From: Candidatus Omnitrophota bacterium | Lineage (GTDB): Bacteria; Omnitrophota; Gorgyraeia; JAHJTE01 | DNA length: 64,000 bases | NCBI GenBank assembly: GCA_018830005.1 | Contig: JAHJTE010000001.1 | Span: forward strand, 65,332-129,331 | Direction of reading: 5' to 3' | Shown here: positions 37,160 through 47,909 of the stretch, piece after piece | Layout: each line of letters begins with the position of its first letter | Position numbering within the stretch: position 1 is the first letter of the stretch | Notes under the pieces: model-generated | Told to the model about the DNA's origin: nothing | Database searches by the model: none | The model's input: only the letters and a program-made list of their open reading frames with translations | Position numbers and translations under genes: made by a program

Positions 37160-38196
37160 AAAAAGATATTCATTTTTCAAAAGAACGCGGTGGCTTAACA
37201 TTGGTTTTTGTTTATTCAATTTCAGTTGCGCTACTGGTTTTATTTATTGCTTTGAGCAGTAAAATATTTGTTAATAAATCGTTTTCATCACGCAATATAG
37301 AGAGGATGCAGGCGTTGCATATTGCTGAATCAGGCCTAGACTATGCCTTATCAAATTTGAGGGATAATTACAGCTGGGCGCCTTCAGGAAATCTAATTCC
37401 TTTTGAGAATGGAGAATTCCTCATCAGCGTAACAACAGTTGGTTCAAAAAAGCTTGTGGAAAGTACGGGTTTTATACCAGATCAGGCAAATTACAGAGAG
37501 AAAAAAATGCTTGAGGCATGGATGAAGGAGGATATACCAAGTAATTTTTATGATAATGCCATATATTCTTCCGGAGAGGTGGATTTAAATGGAACTGCTT
37601 ATACAATTAACGGAGATGTTGTTTATTACTCAGAGTTAGATAATCCTAGCAATATCACTGGCACGGTTACCCAGGATGATACAGCAAATCCTTTAGCAAT
37701 GTTAGATTTTGAGGACTTGTATAATAAAAGTGCAATCCAGGGGAATGTATACGATGTACAGAGACTAAAGGATGTGAAAGACGGGACGGATTCTTTTCCC
37801 AGCTCCTTTTGGAATACGCCTCCAGTTATTCCTGGGGATCCGACAACAGGAGATCCTAATTTTGTCTATATTGAAGGAGACTTAGTATTAAATGGCAATA
37901 TTGACATAGGAGGCTTTTTTATCGTTGTTGGCGATGTGTTAAATAATCCTTCAGCAGTTTATGATGCTACAATTAATGGAGTAGGCGAGATTGATGGTTG
38001 CGTCTACACTCGGGGAGAATTCAGAATCAATGGCGGCGGCGGAGGATTAAATATTGATGGCGGAGTCTGGTCAGGTACTAAGACAAGGATCAACGGAAAC
38101 GCAACGGTAAACTATAACGCTGATTATATGGTAGCACTCTCAGCAAGTATCCAGGCAGATGCCCAGCTTATATCCTGGAGAGAAATAAATCCCTAA
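37156..38196 (+). CDS. PilX/GspK-like large minor pilin
   Basis: GG|LTLVFVYSISVALLVL N-terminus, then a Gly/Asn-rich extracellular domain. Overlaps the previous gene by 4 nt. Confidence 0.35.
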   Translation: MKKDIHFSKERGGLTLVFVYSISVALLVLFIALSSKIFVNKSFSSRNIERMQALHIAESGLDYALSNLRDNYSWAPSGNLIPFENGEFLISVTTVGSKKLVESTGFIPDQANYREKKMLEAWMKEDIPSNFYDNAIYSSGEVDLNGTAYTINGDVVYYSELDNPSNITGTVTQDDTANPLAMLDFEDLYNKSAIQGNVYDVQRLKDVKDGTDSFPSSFWNTPPVIPGDPTTGDPNFVYIEGDLVLNGNIDIGGFFIVVGDVLNNPSAVYDATINGVGEIDGCVYTRGEFRINGGGGGLNIDGGVWSGTKTRINGNATVNYNADYMVALSASIQADAQLISWREINP

Positions 38197-38247
38197 ATCT
38201 TTCTTCGGTTAACCCTTCTTATTCAATCCCTAGCTAATATAAAAAAA

Positions 38248-38330
38248 TGCTGGAGGTGGGACTTGAACCCACACGGGTGTGACCCCACCAGTTTTTGAGA
38301 CTGGCGTGTATGCCATTCCACCACTCCAGC
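38248..38330 (-). tRNA. tRNA-Leu (anticodon CAA), class II
   Basis: On the reverse complement: acceptor GCTGGAG/CTCCAGC, anticodon stem CCAGT/ACTGG with loop CTCAAAA, long variable arm, T-arm GTGGG-TTCAAGT-CCCAC. A run of seven T follows on the transcribed strand. Confidence 0.75.
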
Positions 38331-38377
38331 AATAATCTTTAATCTATCTAACCTTGTTTTGAAATCTTTCCAAGCTC

Positions 38378-39124
38378 TTATTTCTTTCCCGTATTAAATA
38401 TAGAACTAAGCATATCCAAGGGAATGGGGAATACTATAGTAGAAGATTTTTCGCTAGCTATCTCTACCAGTGTTTGCAGATATCTCAGCTGCATTGCAAG
38501 CGGCTGTTTGGCAACACGTTCCGCCGCCATGGTTAATTTTTCTGCTGCCTGATGTTCGCCGTCTGCAGCTATAATCTTGGCCCTCTTTTCCCTTTCTGCC
38601 TCGGCCTGTCTTGCCATTGCCCTCTGCATCTCCTGAGGTAAATCAACATGTTTAATCTCAACTGTGGAGACCTTAATTCCCCAGGGGTCAGTTGCCTTAT
38701 CAATAATTTCCTGCAGGCGCGAATTTAATTTATCCCTTTCTGATAATAACTCATCAAGACTAGCTTGACCTACTACACTGCGCAGAGTTGTCTGAGACAT
38801 CTGACTTGTAGCAAAATCGTAGTCTTCAACGTCGAGGATTGATTTGTTAGGATCCATAACCTTATAATAGACAACAGCGTTTACTTTTACCGAGACATTG
38901 TCTTTTGTGATAATATCCTGTGGCGGGACATCTAAGGTTACAGTACGCAGGCTAACCCTTATGGCACGATCTATAGGCTTGAAGATGAAGATTAGACCCG
39001 GGCCAGCGGGTTTGGAGACAACCCTGCCTAGCCTGAAGATAACGGCACGTTCATATTCATTTAAAACCTTGATGCAGTTTAACAGGTAAAAAACAATGAT
39101 GGCAACAAAAATTCCGAAGTTCAT
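38378..39124 (-). CDS. SPFH/band-7 (stomatin-like) protein
   Basis: N-terminal TM plus an SPFH domain ([16 protein letters not shown]...). Paired with NfeD. Confidence 0.8.
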   Translation of the reverse strand: MNFGIFVAIIVFYLLNCIKVLNEYERAVIFRLGRVVSKPAGPGLIFIFKPIDRAIRVSLRTVTLDVPPQDIITKDNVSVKVNAVVYYKVMDPNKSILDVEDYDFATSQMSQTTLRSVVGQASLDELLSERDKLNSRLQEIIDKATDPWGIKVSTVEIKHVDLPQEMQRAMARQAEAEREKRAKIIAADGEHQAAEKLTMAAERVAKQPLAMQLRYLQTLVEIASEKSSTIVFPIPLDMLSSIFNTGKK

Positions 39125-39170
39125 ATATTACCTCCTTTTAATGAGTCCGCCAACTAGTTTGGCGGATAGA

Positions 39171-40568
39171 TTAACCTTTTTCTTTTTTCTTCGCTTTAAC
39201 TGTCAGGGTAAGGCCGTCAATTTTTTCAATAATGACCTTTTGGCCTTTGCCTATGGTTGATGTGCTTATGGCATTCCAGATCATGCCGTCAAAGAAAACC
39301 TTGCCTTTTTTTCTTATCTGACTGTAAACAGTTGCCTCTTTCCCGATCATTGTCTCAGGCCCTATAGCCACCTTCTTTCTATGTGCCTTAATTACATTGC
39401 TCATCAGAAATATTATAATAAGGCTGCTGGCCAGAACTATTGGAATAATTACATTTAAAGAAACTCGCAAAAAAGGCAGTTTTGAATTAAATAACATCAA
39501 AGAGCCCAATGTCATTGCCACAAGCCCTCCTAATGTCAGCAGTCCGAATGTCGGGGTCATGGCTTCGGCGATGAAAAGTATTATTGCCAGGATAATTAAG
39601 GCTACCCCGGCATAATTTACTGGAAGCGCTTGAAATGCATAAAAGGCAAGGATTATAGCTATTAGTCCGGCAATGCCAGGAAAACCAATTCCCGGATGCG
39701 TAAATTCAAAAAGTAACCCCAAAAACCCTAGAAGCATGAAGATGTAGGCGATATTAGGGTTTATCAGGGAATTCAAGATTTTTTGCTGTGTGCTCAATTC
39801 GATAAAGTTTATCTGGGAGTTTTCTGTGTCCAATTTAAATTCTTTTGTTTTTGTTTTGATTGTCAGGCCGTGGAGTTTTTTAACTAGCTGGTCTAAATCA
39901 TCGGCGATAAAATCTACAACTTTTAGTCTCTGCGCTTCTTTTTCTGTTGCGGATACGCTTTCGGTAACCGCCTTGATTGACCAGTCTACATTGCGATTCC
40001 TGTTTTTAGCAATAGTAGTAACCCAGGCAATTGTATCATTCATAATCTTATCTGCCATTGCATCAGGGGATTCTGATTGCTTTTTGTCTTTTTTTGAAAA
40101 ATTAAATTTTTCAGCCTCTTTATCTTTCTCATCAAATTTTGGTGCACCAATTCCTAAGGCAACAGGATGGGCTGCTCCAATATTGGTAGAAGGCGCCATA
40201 GCTGCCACGTGACTTGCAAGCGTTATGAATAATCCTGCTGAGGCAGCCCGTCCTCCCGAAGGCGCAACGTATACCACGATTGGTATATCAGCATTCATCA
40301 TTTTTTTAACGATGTCTCTAGTTGCCTCTAAGAGGCCGCCGGGAGTATCCAGCTGTATCAGGAGGCAGATGTCGTTATCTTTTTGTGTTGTCTCAATTGC
40401 CTCTGTAATATAATCCCTGGTTACTGGATTAATAATATAGTTATCTATGGTGACGACGTTGATTTTCCTAGATTGCGAATAGCCTAAAGGCGCACTAAGA
40501 AGTACAAATATACAAGACAGAGCAAATATTAGATACATTCTTTTAGTTTTTCTAATCATTTTTATCAC
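39171..40568 (-). CDS. NfeD-family membrane-bound ClpP-class serine protease
   Basis: Periplasmic ClpP-like domain (GGRAASAGLFI), C-terminal multi-TM region plus an OB-fold. Classic nfeD-stomatin operon. Confidence 0.8.
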   Translation of the reverse strand: MIKMIRKTKRMYLIFALSCIFVLLSAPLGYSQSRKINVVTIDNYIINPVTRDYITEAIETTQKDNDICLLIQLDTPGGLLEATRDIVKKMMNADIPIVVYVAPSGGRAASAGLFITLASHVAAMAPSTNIGAAHPVALGIGAPKFDEKDKEAEKFNFSKKDKKQSESPDAMADKIMNDTIAWVTTIAKNRNRNVDWSIKAVTESVSATEKEAQRLKVVDFIADDLDQLVKKLHGLTIKTKTKEFKLDTENSQINFIELSTQQKILNSLINPNIAYIFMLLGFLGLLFEFTHPGIGFPGIAGLIAIILAFYAFQALPVNYAGVALIILAIILFIAEAMTPTFGLLTLGGLVAMTLGSLMLFNSKLPFLRVSLNVIIPIVLASSLIIIFLMSNVIKAHRKKVAIGPETMIGKEATVYSQIRKKGKVFFDGMIWNAISTSTIGKGQKVIIEKIDGLTLTVKAKKKEKG

Positions 40569-40987
40569 CTTTTAGTTTTTTCAAAGTCTAATTTTATATT
40601 TTTTTGGTTAAAATACCAGAGAATTAAAGAGTGATAGATAATAGATACGAAATTCTTTATATCGGCAGGAATGTTTGTTTCCAAAGCCCCGTTTAGATAT
40701 ATTATCTTTGCAAAGATAAGTATTTTAGTTAAGATGATACTAAAGGCAAAATATCTAAGAAGCCCTACAGCAAGACTCTTTTTGAACAGCAAACCGAACC
40801 CAATAAATAAGGATATAAGACTTGTGATAAGTACGAATGTCAGGATGTTGAGGGGTTTTATTGATGTATGTAAAAGTATTGATGCGATAGTTGAGGAAAG
40901 CGTCAATCCTCCAATTGAGATTTCAATGAGCGCAAAGATTTTAATGCCTTCAATTTTATTTAGTTTCAACGTAATCAGATTAAGCAA
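40565..40987 (-). CDS. hypothetical membrane protein
   Basis: Four predicted TM helices. First gene of the minus-strand block. Confidence 0.3.
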   Translation of the reverse strand: MLNLITLKLNKIEGIKIFALIEISIGGLTLSSTIASILLHTSIKPLNILTFVLITSLISLFIGFGLLFKKSLAVGLLRYFAFSIILTKILIFAKIIYLNGALETNIPADIKNFVSIIYHSLILWYFNQKNIKLDFEKTKR

Positions 40988-41040
40988 CCTAGGGGGTCGC
41001 AGTCAGTGTCAACGCAGGGTATCTTTAAGATACGAATGTA

Positions 41041-41069
41041 TTGACAGGGTTTATTATAAATGTTATATT
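41041..41069 (+). promoter_or_regulatory. near-consensus sigma70 promoter for tRNA-Ala
   Basis: TTGACA (41041-46), a 17 nt spacer, then TATATT (41064-69), 11 nt before the tRNA. Confidence 0.6.
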
Positions 41070-41080
41070 TTTACAGCTGT

Positions 41081-41156
41081 GGGGCTGTAGCGCAGTTGGG
41101 AGCGTATCTCAATGGCATTGAGAGGGTCACGGGTTCGAACCCCGTCAGCTCCACCA
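41081..41156 (+). tRNA. tRNA-Ala (anticodon GGC), CCA encoded
   Basis: Acceptor GGGGCTG/CAGCTCC with the G3:U70 alanine identity pair. Anticodon loop ATGGCAT. T-loop TTCGAAC. Confidence 0.8.
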
Positions 41157-41331
41157 TCCTTTTAGGAAACGAACCGCCTCTCTTCGTCTGCCCATAATAA
41201 TCCTTCTAAACTGTAGAAATCATAACACCTGCAGGGGGTTTTGTCAATCACTCGCTACAAGTTGACTTTTACCTCGATTGTTGATAGAATTTATAAGTTA
41301 CTTAAAAGATACAATAAACAAATCAGAAAAT

Positions 41332-43770
41332 ATGACTTACAATTTTAAAGCAACTGAAGAAAAATGGCAGAAATTCTGGGAGGAGAATCAGGTATTTGAG
41401 GTTATGCCTGACGCCAAGAAGCCCAAATTTTACTGTCTAGAGATGTTTCCCTATCCTTCTGGAAAAATCCATATGGGCCATGTGCGTAATTATACAATCG
41501 CTGATGTCACAGCACGCTATAAATGGATGCGCGGTTACAATGTCTTGCACCCAATCGGATTTGATGCATTTGGTCAGCCTGCGGAAAATGCCGCTATTAA
41601 AAACAGGAGCGATGCAGCAAGCTGGACATATAAATGTATTGATTGGATGCGACAAGAGATGCGGCGCATGGGCTTTTCCTACGACTGGCCGCGAGAGATC
41701 TCAACTTGTGAGCCGGAATATTACCGGTGGAATCAGTGGATATTCTTAAAGATGTATGAGCGTGGTCTGGCATATAAAAAGCCGGCTACGGTGAATTGGT
41801 GCCCAAATTGTGCCACGACTTTGGCTAATGAAGAGGTTGCATCAGGTGTTTGCTGGCGTTGCGATAAGCCTGTTGTACAGAAGGAATTAGAGCAGTGGTT
41901 TTTAAAAATTACAGAATACAGAGATATTTTATTGGAAGATTTAAAGTTGCTTAAAGATTGGCCAAGCCGTGTACTGACCATGCAGGAAAATTGGATCGGC
42001 AGAAGTGAGGGCGTAGAGATTTCCTTTAAAATAGAAGGTTTTCCCCAAACGATTAGTGTATTTACTACAAGGGTTGATACTATATTCGGTGCTACATATA
42101 TTGTGCTTGCCCCCGAGCATGAGATAATATCAAAAATCAAAGATAAGATATCAAATATCAAAGAAGTTGAAAGATATATTAAGAAGTCGCAGCAAAAGAC
42201 TAAGCGCGAACGCATAGATTTGATTAATAAAAAGACCGGAGTAAAAATAAAAGGTGTGGCTGCCACCAACCCTGTGAATAATGAAAAGATACCGATATAT
42301 ATAGCCGATTATGTATTAATGGAGTATGGCACAGGCGCAATTATGGCAGTGCCTTGTCACGATCAGCGTGATTTCCTATTTGCTAAAGAGCACGCATTGC
42401 CGATGCGGATTGTTATTCAAGAGCCGAACAGTAAGGCTCAAACAGTGCAAGATTTGACTGAGGCTTATGAGGCAGATGGTGAACAGGTGAATTCTGGTCA
42501 ATTTGATGGCATGGATAATCAGAAGGCAAAGAAAGAGATTGCATGCTGGATGGAAGCAGAAAAGATAGGAAAAAGAACTGTTCATTATCGTCTGCGTGAT
42601 TGGTTGATATCGCGGCAGCGTTATTGGGGCACGCCTATTCCTATTATCTATTGTTCGGATTGCGGCACTGTTCCTGTAGCTGATAAGGATTTACCTGTTA
42701 GACTGCCGCAAAATCTAAAGGTATCAGGCAAAGAAGGCTCTCCCTTAGCAAAAAGTAAGGAGTTTTTAGATGTTTCCTGTCCGAAGTGTAATAAAAAAGC
42801 TCGTCGTGATACGGATACAATGACTACCTTTATTGATTCTTCTTGGTATTTCTTGCGTTTTTGCTCACCCAAATTCAATGAAGCCCCTTTTAAACAGGAA
42901 GATGTAAAATATTGGATGCCGGTAGATCAATATATTGGTGGCATTGAACATGCTATTTTGCATTTGTTATATTCGCGTTTTTTCACTAAATTTTTAAAGG
43001 ATCTGGGCCTGCTCAATTTTCCAGAGCCGTTTAAACGCTTGCTGACTCAAGGCATGGTACTTAAAGACGGAGAGGTAATGTCTAAGTCTAAAGGCAATGT
43101 CATAGATCCAGATACTGTTATCAATAAATACGGGGCTGACACCTTGCGACTTTTTATACTTTTTGCCGCTCCTCCAGAGACAGAACTTGAATATAATGAA
43201 CGTGCTATAGAAGGCAGTTGGAGATTCCTGCAGCGTGTATGGAGACTCCTGGAGAGGGTGCAAGATGCTGGATGCAAGAGAGAAGAGAAGACTCCAGATC
43301 CTCAATTGCAAAGAAAAACTCATCAGACGATTAAGAAGGTTAGTGAGGATTTAGAGAATTTTAAATTTAATACCGCCATTAGCGCAGTAATGGAGCTAGT
43401 GAATGAGATTTATAAACAGCCGGCAGTCTCGCTAGAGATAAAACAGACAGTTAAGACGGTTGTTTTATTATTGGCTCCTATTATCCCTCATATCTGCGAA
43501 GAGATGTGGCAGATTTTGGGTGGGAAAGCGAGCGTTGCCAAAGCAGCTTGGCCAACCTATAAGCAAGAATTGACAAAGACGAGCAGTATGACAATAATCA
43601 TCCAGGTTAATGGCAAATTGCGCTCTAAGATAGATGTAGATGCTGGGGTCGAGGATGAAAAGATCAAGGAACTTAGCCTAAATGATGAAAAAATAAAGAG
43701 GTTAATCGCAGGTAAAAAAATTAAAAAGATAATTACGGTTAAAGGAAAACTGGTAAATATAGTTATCTAA
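41332..43770 (+). CDS. leuS: leucine--tRNA ligase
   Basis: HMGH motif ([12 protein letters not shown]), KMSKS motif (VMSKSKGN), CP1 editing domain. ATG 41332 chosen over the upstream TTG. Confidence 0.9.
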   Translation: MTYNFKATEEKWQKFWEENQVFEVMPDAKKPKFYCLEMFPYPSGKIHMGHVRNYTIADVTARYKWMRGYNVLHPIGFDAFGQPAENAAIKNRSDAASWTYKCIDWMRQEMRRMGFSYDWPREISTCEPEYYRWNQWIFLKMYERGLAYKKPATVNWCPNCATTLANEEVASGVCWRCDKPVVQKELEQWFLKITEYRDILLEDLKLLKDWPSRVLTMQENWIGRSEGVEISFKIEGFPQTISVFTTRVDTIFGATYIVLAPEHEIISKIKDKISNIKEVERYIKKSQQKTKRERIDLINKKTGVKIKGVAATNPVNNEKIPIYIADYVLMEYGTGAIMAVPCHDQRDFLFAKEHALPMRIVIQEPNSKAQTVQDLTEAYEADGEQVNSGQFDGMDNQKAKKEIACWMEAEKIGKRTVHYRLRDWLISRQRYWGTPIPIIYCSDCGTVPVADKDLPVRLPQNLKVSGKEGSPLAKSKEFLDVSCPKCNKKARRDTDTMTTFIDSSWYFLRFCSPKFNEAPFKQEDVKYWMPVDQYIGGIEHAILHLLYSRFFTKFLKDLGLLNFPEPFKRLLTQGMVLKDGEVMSKSKGNVIDPDTVINKYGADTLRLFILFAAPPETELEYNERAIEGSWRFLQRVWRLLERVQDAGCKREEKTPDPQLQRKTHQTIKKVSEDLENFKFNTAISAVMELVNEIYKQPAVSLEIKQTVKTVVLLLAPIIPHICEEMWQILGGKASVAKAAWPTYKQELTKTSSMTIIIQVNGKLRSKIDVDAGVEDEKIKELSLNDEKIKRLIAGKKIKKIITVKGKLVNIVI

Positions 43771-43781
43771 AAGGAGAATAT

Positions 43782-44615
43782 ATGAGCTATGTAACTTCTA
43801 TGCGTAGTAGCGTAAACAATCTTTTGGCCCAGCAGGGGTTTAAGTTAGCTGTGCTTATTTTCCTTTTTATTCTTATCGCCCTAAGGGTGATAACAATCTT
43901 TTATTATCCTGGAGTTGATATATTTTCTGTAGGCTGGTCGCTGACAGTAGCTTTAGTTTGCATAGGCTATCTCTGGATTGCAGAATTGCGAGATCGAGCA
44001 AGGCTTGAAAGGATTAATCGGGAGTTAATAATCACCAAAGATATTCTAAAAGAGAGCGAACTAGATGCGATTATGGCCTTGATCTTAAGTCAAGAAGCGA
44101 AAGACCCCTATTCTTACGGGCATACGAATCGCGTAACCAAATATTCTGTTTCCTTAGCCAGGGAACTTAGGTTGCCCCTACATACAGTAGATGTAATTGA
44201 GCGCGCTGCCAAATTGCATGATATTGGAAAAATCGGAATAAAGGACAGTATCTTATTTTTTGAAGGCAGATTAAGTGCTAAAGATTACGAGGTTATCAAG
44301 AGTCATCCTGTAAAGAGCGTTACTATTTTGGAGCCGCTAAAATTTATCGACGAGGAAAAGAGAATAATCCTACATCATCATGAAAGATATGATGGCAAAG
44401 GTTATCCAGAGGGTATTAAAATGGATCAGATCCCTTTGGGTTCGCGCATTCTGGCAATTGCTGATTCCTTTGATGCCATGAGTTCTGATAGGGTATACCG
44501 CAAGCGACTTTCCAAGTCCGTTGTTATAAAGGAACTTAAAGAAAATAGCGGTACGCAGTTTGATCCCCATCTTGTTAAGGTATTCTTAACTATAATCAAC
44601 CGATTTTATGCTTAG
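43782..44615 (+). CDS. HD-GYP domain c-di-GMP phosphodiesterase, membrane-anchored
   Basis: Two N-terminal TM helices. H..HD (HTNRV...HDIGKIG) and HHHERYDGKGYP motifs. Confidence 0.8.
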   Translation: MSYVTSMRSSVNNLLAQQGFKLAVLIFLFILIALRVITIFYYPGVDIFSVGWSLTVALVCIGYLWIAELRDRARLERINRELIITKDILKESELDAIMALILSQEAKDPYSYGHTNRVTKYSVSLARELRLPLHTVDVIERAAKLHDIGKIGIKDSILFFEGRLSAKDYEVIKSHPVKSVTILEPLKFIDEEKRIILHHHERYDGKGYPEGIKMDQIPLGSRILAIADSFDAMSSDRVYRKRLSKSVVIKELKENSGTQFDPHLVKVFLTIINRFYA

Positions 44616-44952
44616 TCTTACACGTCAAGAGAGGCTGCTTCTTGTTTTTTTAGCTATAACGATTCTTTCAGGTGTATGTATAAATTATGCTTTAAAAAAG
44701 CGACCGGCCTTAAGTCGTTTTTATAAATGTTCTGCTATTGATAAAGATAGCAAACATCTAAATATTAACATAAACAATGCCACTAAAGAAGAGCTTACGC
44801 AGCTTCCGGGAGTAGGCGAGAAAACCGCCTCGATTATTATCCGTTATCGAGAAATCCACGGTGATTTTAAAGAAAAGGAAGAACTAAAAAATATAAAAGG
44901 CATGGGCGAGAAGAAATTTAAGAAAATAGAGCAGTATATAAGGATAGAGTAG
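44608..44952 (+). CDS. comEA: ComEA-family helix-hairpin-helix DNA-binding protein
   Basis: TM anchor plus a C-terminal tandem HhH (LTQLPGVGEKTASIII...IKGMGEKKFKKI). Confidence 0.7.
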   Translation: MLSLTRQERLLLVFLAITILSGVCINYALKKRPALSRFYKCSAIDKDSKHLNININNATKEELTQLPGVGEKTASIIIRYREIHGDFKEKEELKNIKGMGEKKFKKIEQYIRIE

Positions 44953-44987
44953 CAAAGAGAGACATTTAAATTGTAGATAAGAATAGC

Positions 44988-46208
44988 ATGAATATATCAA
45001 ACGTCGTTACATTCATAATGGCCGGAGGCAGAGGAAAAAGGCTGCTTCCTCTTACAAGAGACAGGGCTAAGCCCGCAGTCCCTTTCGGAGGAGTTTACCG
45101 TATTATTGATTTTTCTCTATCCAACTGTCTGAATTCCGGACTTAACAGGATACACGTACTGATACAATATAGGTCTATTTCTTTAGATCGGCATATAAGA
45201 CTAGGTTGGAATATTTTTGATCCGCGTGTAGGAAATTATATAGATGCTGTGCCGGCTCAGCATCGCGTAGGCGAGAGTTGGTATAAGGGAACGGCTGATG
45301 CGATATATCAAAATATATATATCATAGATAGCGAAAAACCTGATTACATTCTTATCTTAGCAGGTGATCATATATATAAAATGGACTACCGGAACATGAT
45401 CCGTTTCCACAAAGAAAAAAATTCAGATTTTACCATCGGTGTAGTCAGGATGCCAATAGATAAATCCAGTCAACTTGGAGTATGTGAGGTAAATAGAGGC
45501 GGTCGACTTGTTGGATTTCAAGAAAAACCGCAAAATCCCAAAACCGTTCCGGGTGATAATAAGCGAATCTATGCATCTATGGGTATATATTTTGCCTCTA
45601 GTTCTATGATTAAAAAGATCTTATGCGAGCAATCCGGGAGCCTATCTCATTATGACTTCGGCAGGGATATAATGCCAGCTATCTGTAACAAATATAAAGT
45701 TCTTGTTTATGATTTTAATAAACATGAAAGGTACGGCACTTATTGGCGGGATATTGGAACAATAGACGCCTATTATGAAGCAAATATGGACCTTATCCAG
45801 GTAACACCGACATTTAATCTATATGATCAGGAGTGGCCGATAAGAACGCTTCAAGGCCAATTCCCTCCTGCCAAAACCGTCTATGATGGCTCTTGGGATC
45901 CCTCCCGAAAAGGCACAGCAATACAGTCTCTGTTATCCAACGGGGTGATTGTAAGCGGAGGCAAAGTCGTAAGTTCGGTGCTTTCAGCTAATGTGCGCAT
46001 TAATAGCTTTTCTTTGGTAGAGGATTGCGTTCTCATGGAAGGAGTAGATATAGGCCGTTATGCAAAAATAAGACGTGCCATTATAGATAAGGATGTAAAA
46101 ATCCCACAGCATATGCAAATTGGCTATAATCTCCAGGAAGACAAAAAACGCTTTTTTGTAACTGATAGCGGGATTGTTGTTGTTGCTAAGGGTGAAAAAA
46201 TCACCTAG
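44988..46208 (+). CDS. glgC: glucose-1-phosphate adenylyltransferase
   Basis: MAGGRGKRLLPLT nucleotidyltransferase motif plus a left-handed beta-helix C-terminus. Confidence 0.85.
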   Translation: MNISNVVTFIMAGGRGKRLLPLTRDRAKPAVPFGGVYRIIDFSLSNCLNSGLNRIHVLIQYRSISLDRHIRLGWNIFDPRVGNYIDAVPAQHRVGESWYKGTADAIYQNIYIIDSEKPDYILILAGDHIYKMDYRNMIRFHKEKNSDFTIGVVRMPIDKSSQLGVCEVNRGGRLVGFQEKPQNPKTVPGDNKRIYASMGIYFASSSMIKKILCEQSGSLSHYDFGRDIMPAICNKYKVLVYDFNKHERYGTYWRDIGTIDAYYEANMDLIQVTPTFNLYDQEWPIRTLQGQFPPAKTVYDGSWDPSRKGTAIQSLLSNGVIVSGGKVVSSVLSANVRINSFSLVEDCVLMEGVDIGRYAKIRRAIIDKDVKIPQHMQIGYNLQEDKKRFFVTDSGIVVVAKGEKIT

Positions 46209-46243
46209 AAGAATATTACCCCCTTCCATTAGATATAAATAAA

Positions 46244-47890
46244 GTGCCTCTCGCTTCTAAAAAATTAGCACATTTGTCTTTAGTCCTATCTGATAAGTTA
46301 AGTCAAATTAGTATCCTCACCGCTCTTGTTATCAGTTTTATTTTAGGCATAATCTGTAATCATTTTTTTGGATTTGGTTTTTTTATAGCTGCGTTATTAT
46401 CTGCATTATTTCTGATTTTTGCCTCTATCCTTATAAACCAGCCTGGGAAATCAGTATTTTTATTGCTAATTGGCTTTTTCTTTTTGGGCTCATCTGTTTT
46501 AGCCAATAGCAATGCATTAAGTTCCAACCACATCAGCAACTTATTTAAATCCAAGGACAATCCCCTAGAATTAACAGGCACTATTATAGATAGCCCTGTC
46601 TTAAAGAAGTCAAAGGCCCAGTTTAGAGTTAAGGTTAAAAGCATTTGTAAAGACAACCTAAAGCTAAACGCATCAGGCAAGATTTTAGCTGTAGTAGATA
46701 AGGACTTGATAGATGATCTCTCTTGCGCTGACAATGTTAGATTGAAGGGGAAGATTTATAGGCCACTTAGCTTTAAGGAGGCAAAGAGTTCTTTTGATTA
46801 TCGCCAGTATCTGGCGAGGCAGGGCATACATTTTATTATTAATATAAGAGATGCTGCCAATATCCAGATACTTGGTATGGACAAGAGATATCTTATTTTA
46901 AGAATAGCCGCTAGGATAAGCGAGAGGTTAAATGATTTGTTATTTTTTCAGTTACCACCAATAAGCGCAACTTTCTACGCGGCAATGTTATTAGGAAGAA
47001 GGGAGGTCCTTTATCCGCAATTAAGAGAGGTCTTTGCCAATACTGGCACATCGCATATTCTGGCTATCAGCGGCCTGCATATTGGAATAGTTGCCTTTAT
47101 CTTTATTCTAACGCTTAAGGCCTTTGGCGTGAAAAGGAGAACGAGGCTGATAATCTCTCTGATCTGTCTTATATTTTATTGCATTCTTTCTGGGATGAGG
47201 CCGCCGGTAGTGCGCGCAACAATAATGGCAACTTTTGTTATCGTCGCCATCTTAATTGAGCGAGAGGAGAATATTTATAATTGCCTTTCTCTGGCGGCAT
47301 TTTTGATATTATTATTTAAGCCAAGCTATATATTTGAAGTAGGATTTCAGCTTTCATTTTTCGCTGTTTTAGGCATTGTTCTTTTTAGTTCGCGCCTTGA
47401 GCAAATTTTAGAGAATATGATAATGTTTTGTTTGGCTAAATTTTATAAGGGTGCTATAGACCTGCCTAGCTTTTTTAGGGCACTAATTTGTGCTTTTTCT
47501 ATCTCGATTTGTGCCTACTTGAGTGTTATGCCGTTGTTAATCTATCATTTTAGGATTATTACGCCATTTGCAATTCTAACTAATATCATCGTGATTCCGG
47601 CCTTAACTCTAATTTTGGCATTGGGTTTTACATTTTTGCTTTTTGCTACTCTTCTTCCACCAATTGCCGTAATTTTGGCTACACCTCTAGGAATGGCGGC
47701 AGCGGTTATGATCCATTTTATCTCTTTTGTCAGTAAACTCCCAGGGGCTTATTTTTACGTGGGTTTTAAGCTAACTCTTTGGCCAATCGTTGGCTACTAC
47801 ATTTTATTGTTTTTCCTGATTTTTGGATTATATGAACGTATCGATTCTTTTAGGCAAAGTCTATCTAACGGGGTTGACAAAGAAACATAG
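46244..47890 (+). CDS. comEC: ComEC/Rec2 family DNA internalization channel protein (no beta-lactamase domain)
   Basis: DUF4131 N-terminal region plus the competence domain (HILAISGLHIGIV). Confidence 0.75.
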   Translation: MPLASKKLAHLSLVLSDKLSQISILTALVISFILGIICNHFFGFGFFIAALLSALFLIFASILINQPGKSVFLLLIGFFFLGSSVLANSNALSSNHISNLFKSKDNPLELTGTIIDSPVLKKSKAQFRVKVKSICKDNLKLNASGKILAVVDKDLIDDLSCADNVRLKGKIYRPLSFKEAKSSFDYRQYLARQGIHFIINIRDAANIQILGMDKRYLILRIAARISERLNDLLFFQLPPISATFYAAMLLGRREVLYPQLREVFANTGTSHILAISGLHIGIVAFIFILTLKAFGVKRRTRLIISLICLIFYCILSGMRPPVVRATIMATFVIVAILIEREENIYNCLSLAAFLILLFKPSYIFEVGFQLSFFAVLGIVLFSSRLEQILENMIMFCLAKFYKGAIDLPSFFRALICAFSISICAYLSVMPLLIYHFRIITPFAILTNIIVIPALTLILALGFTFLLFATLLPPIAVILATPLGMAAAVMIHFISFVSKLPGAYFYVGFKLTLWPIVGYYILLFFLIFGLYERIDSFRQSLSNGVDKET

Positions 47891-47909
47891 CTATGTTAAA
47901 GTTGAGAGC

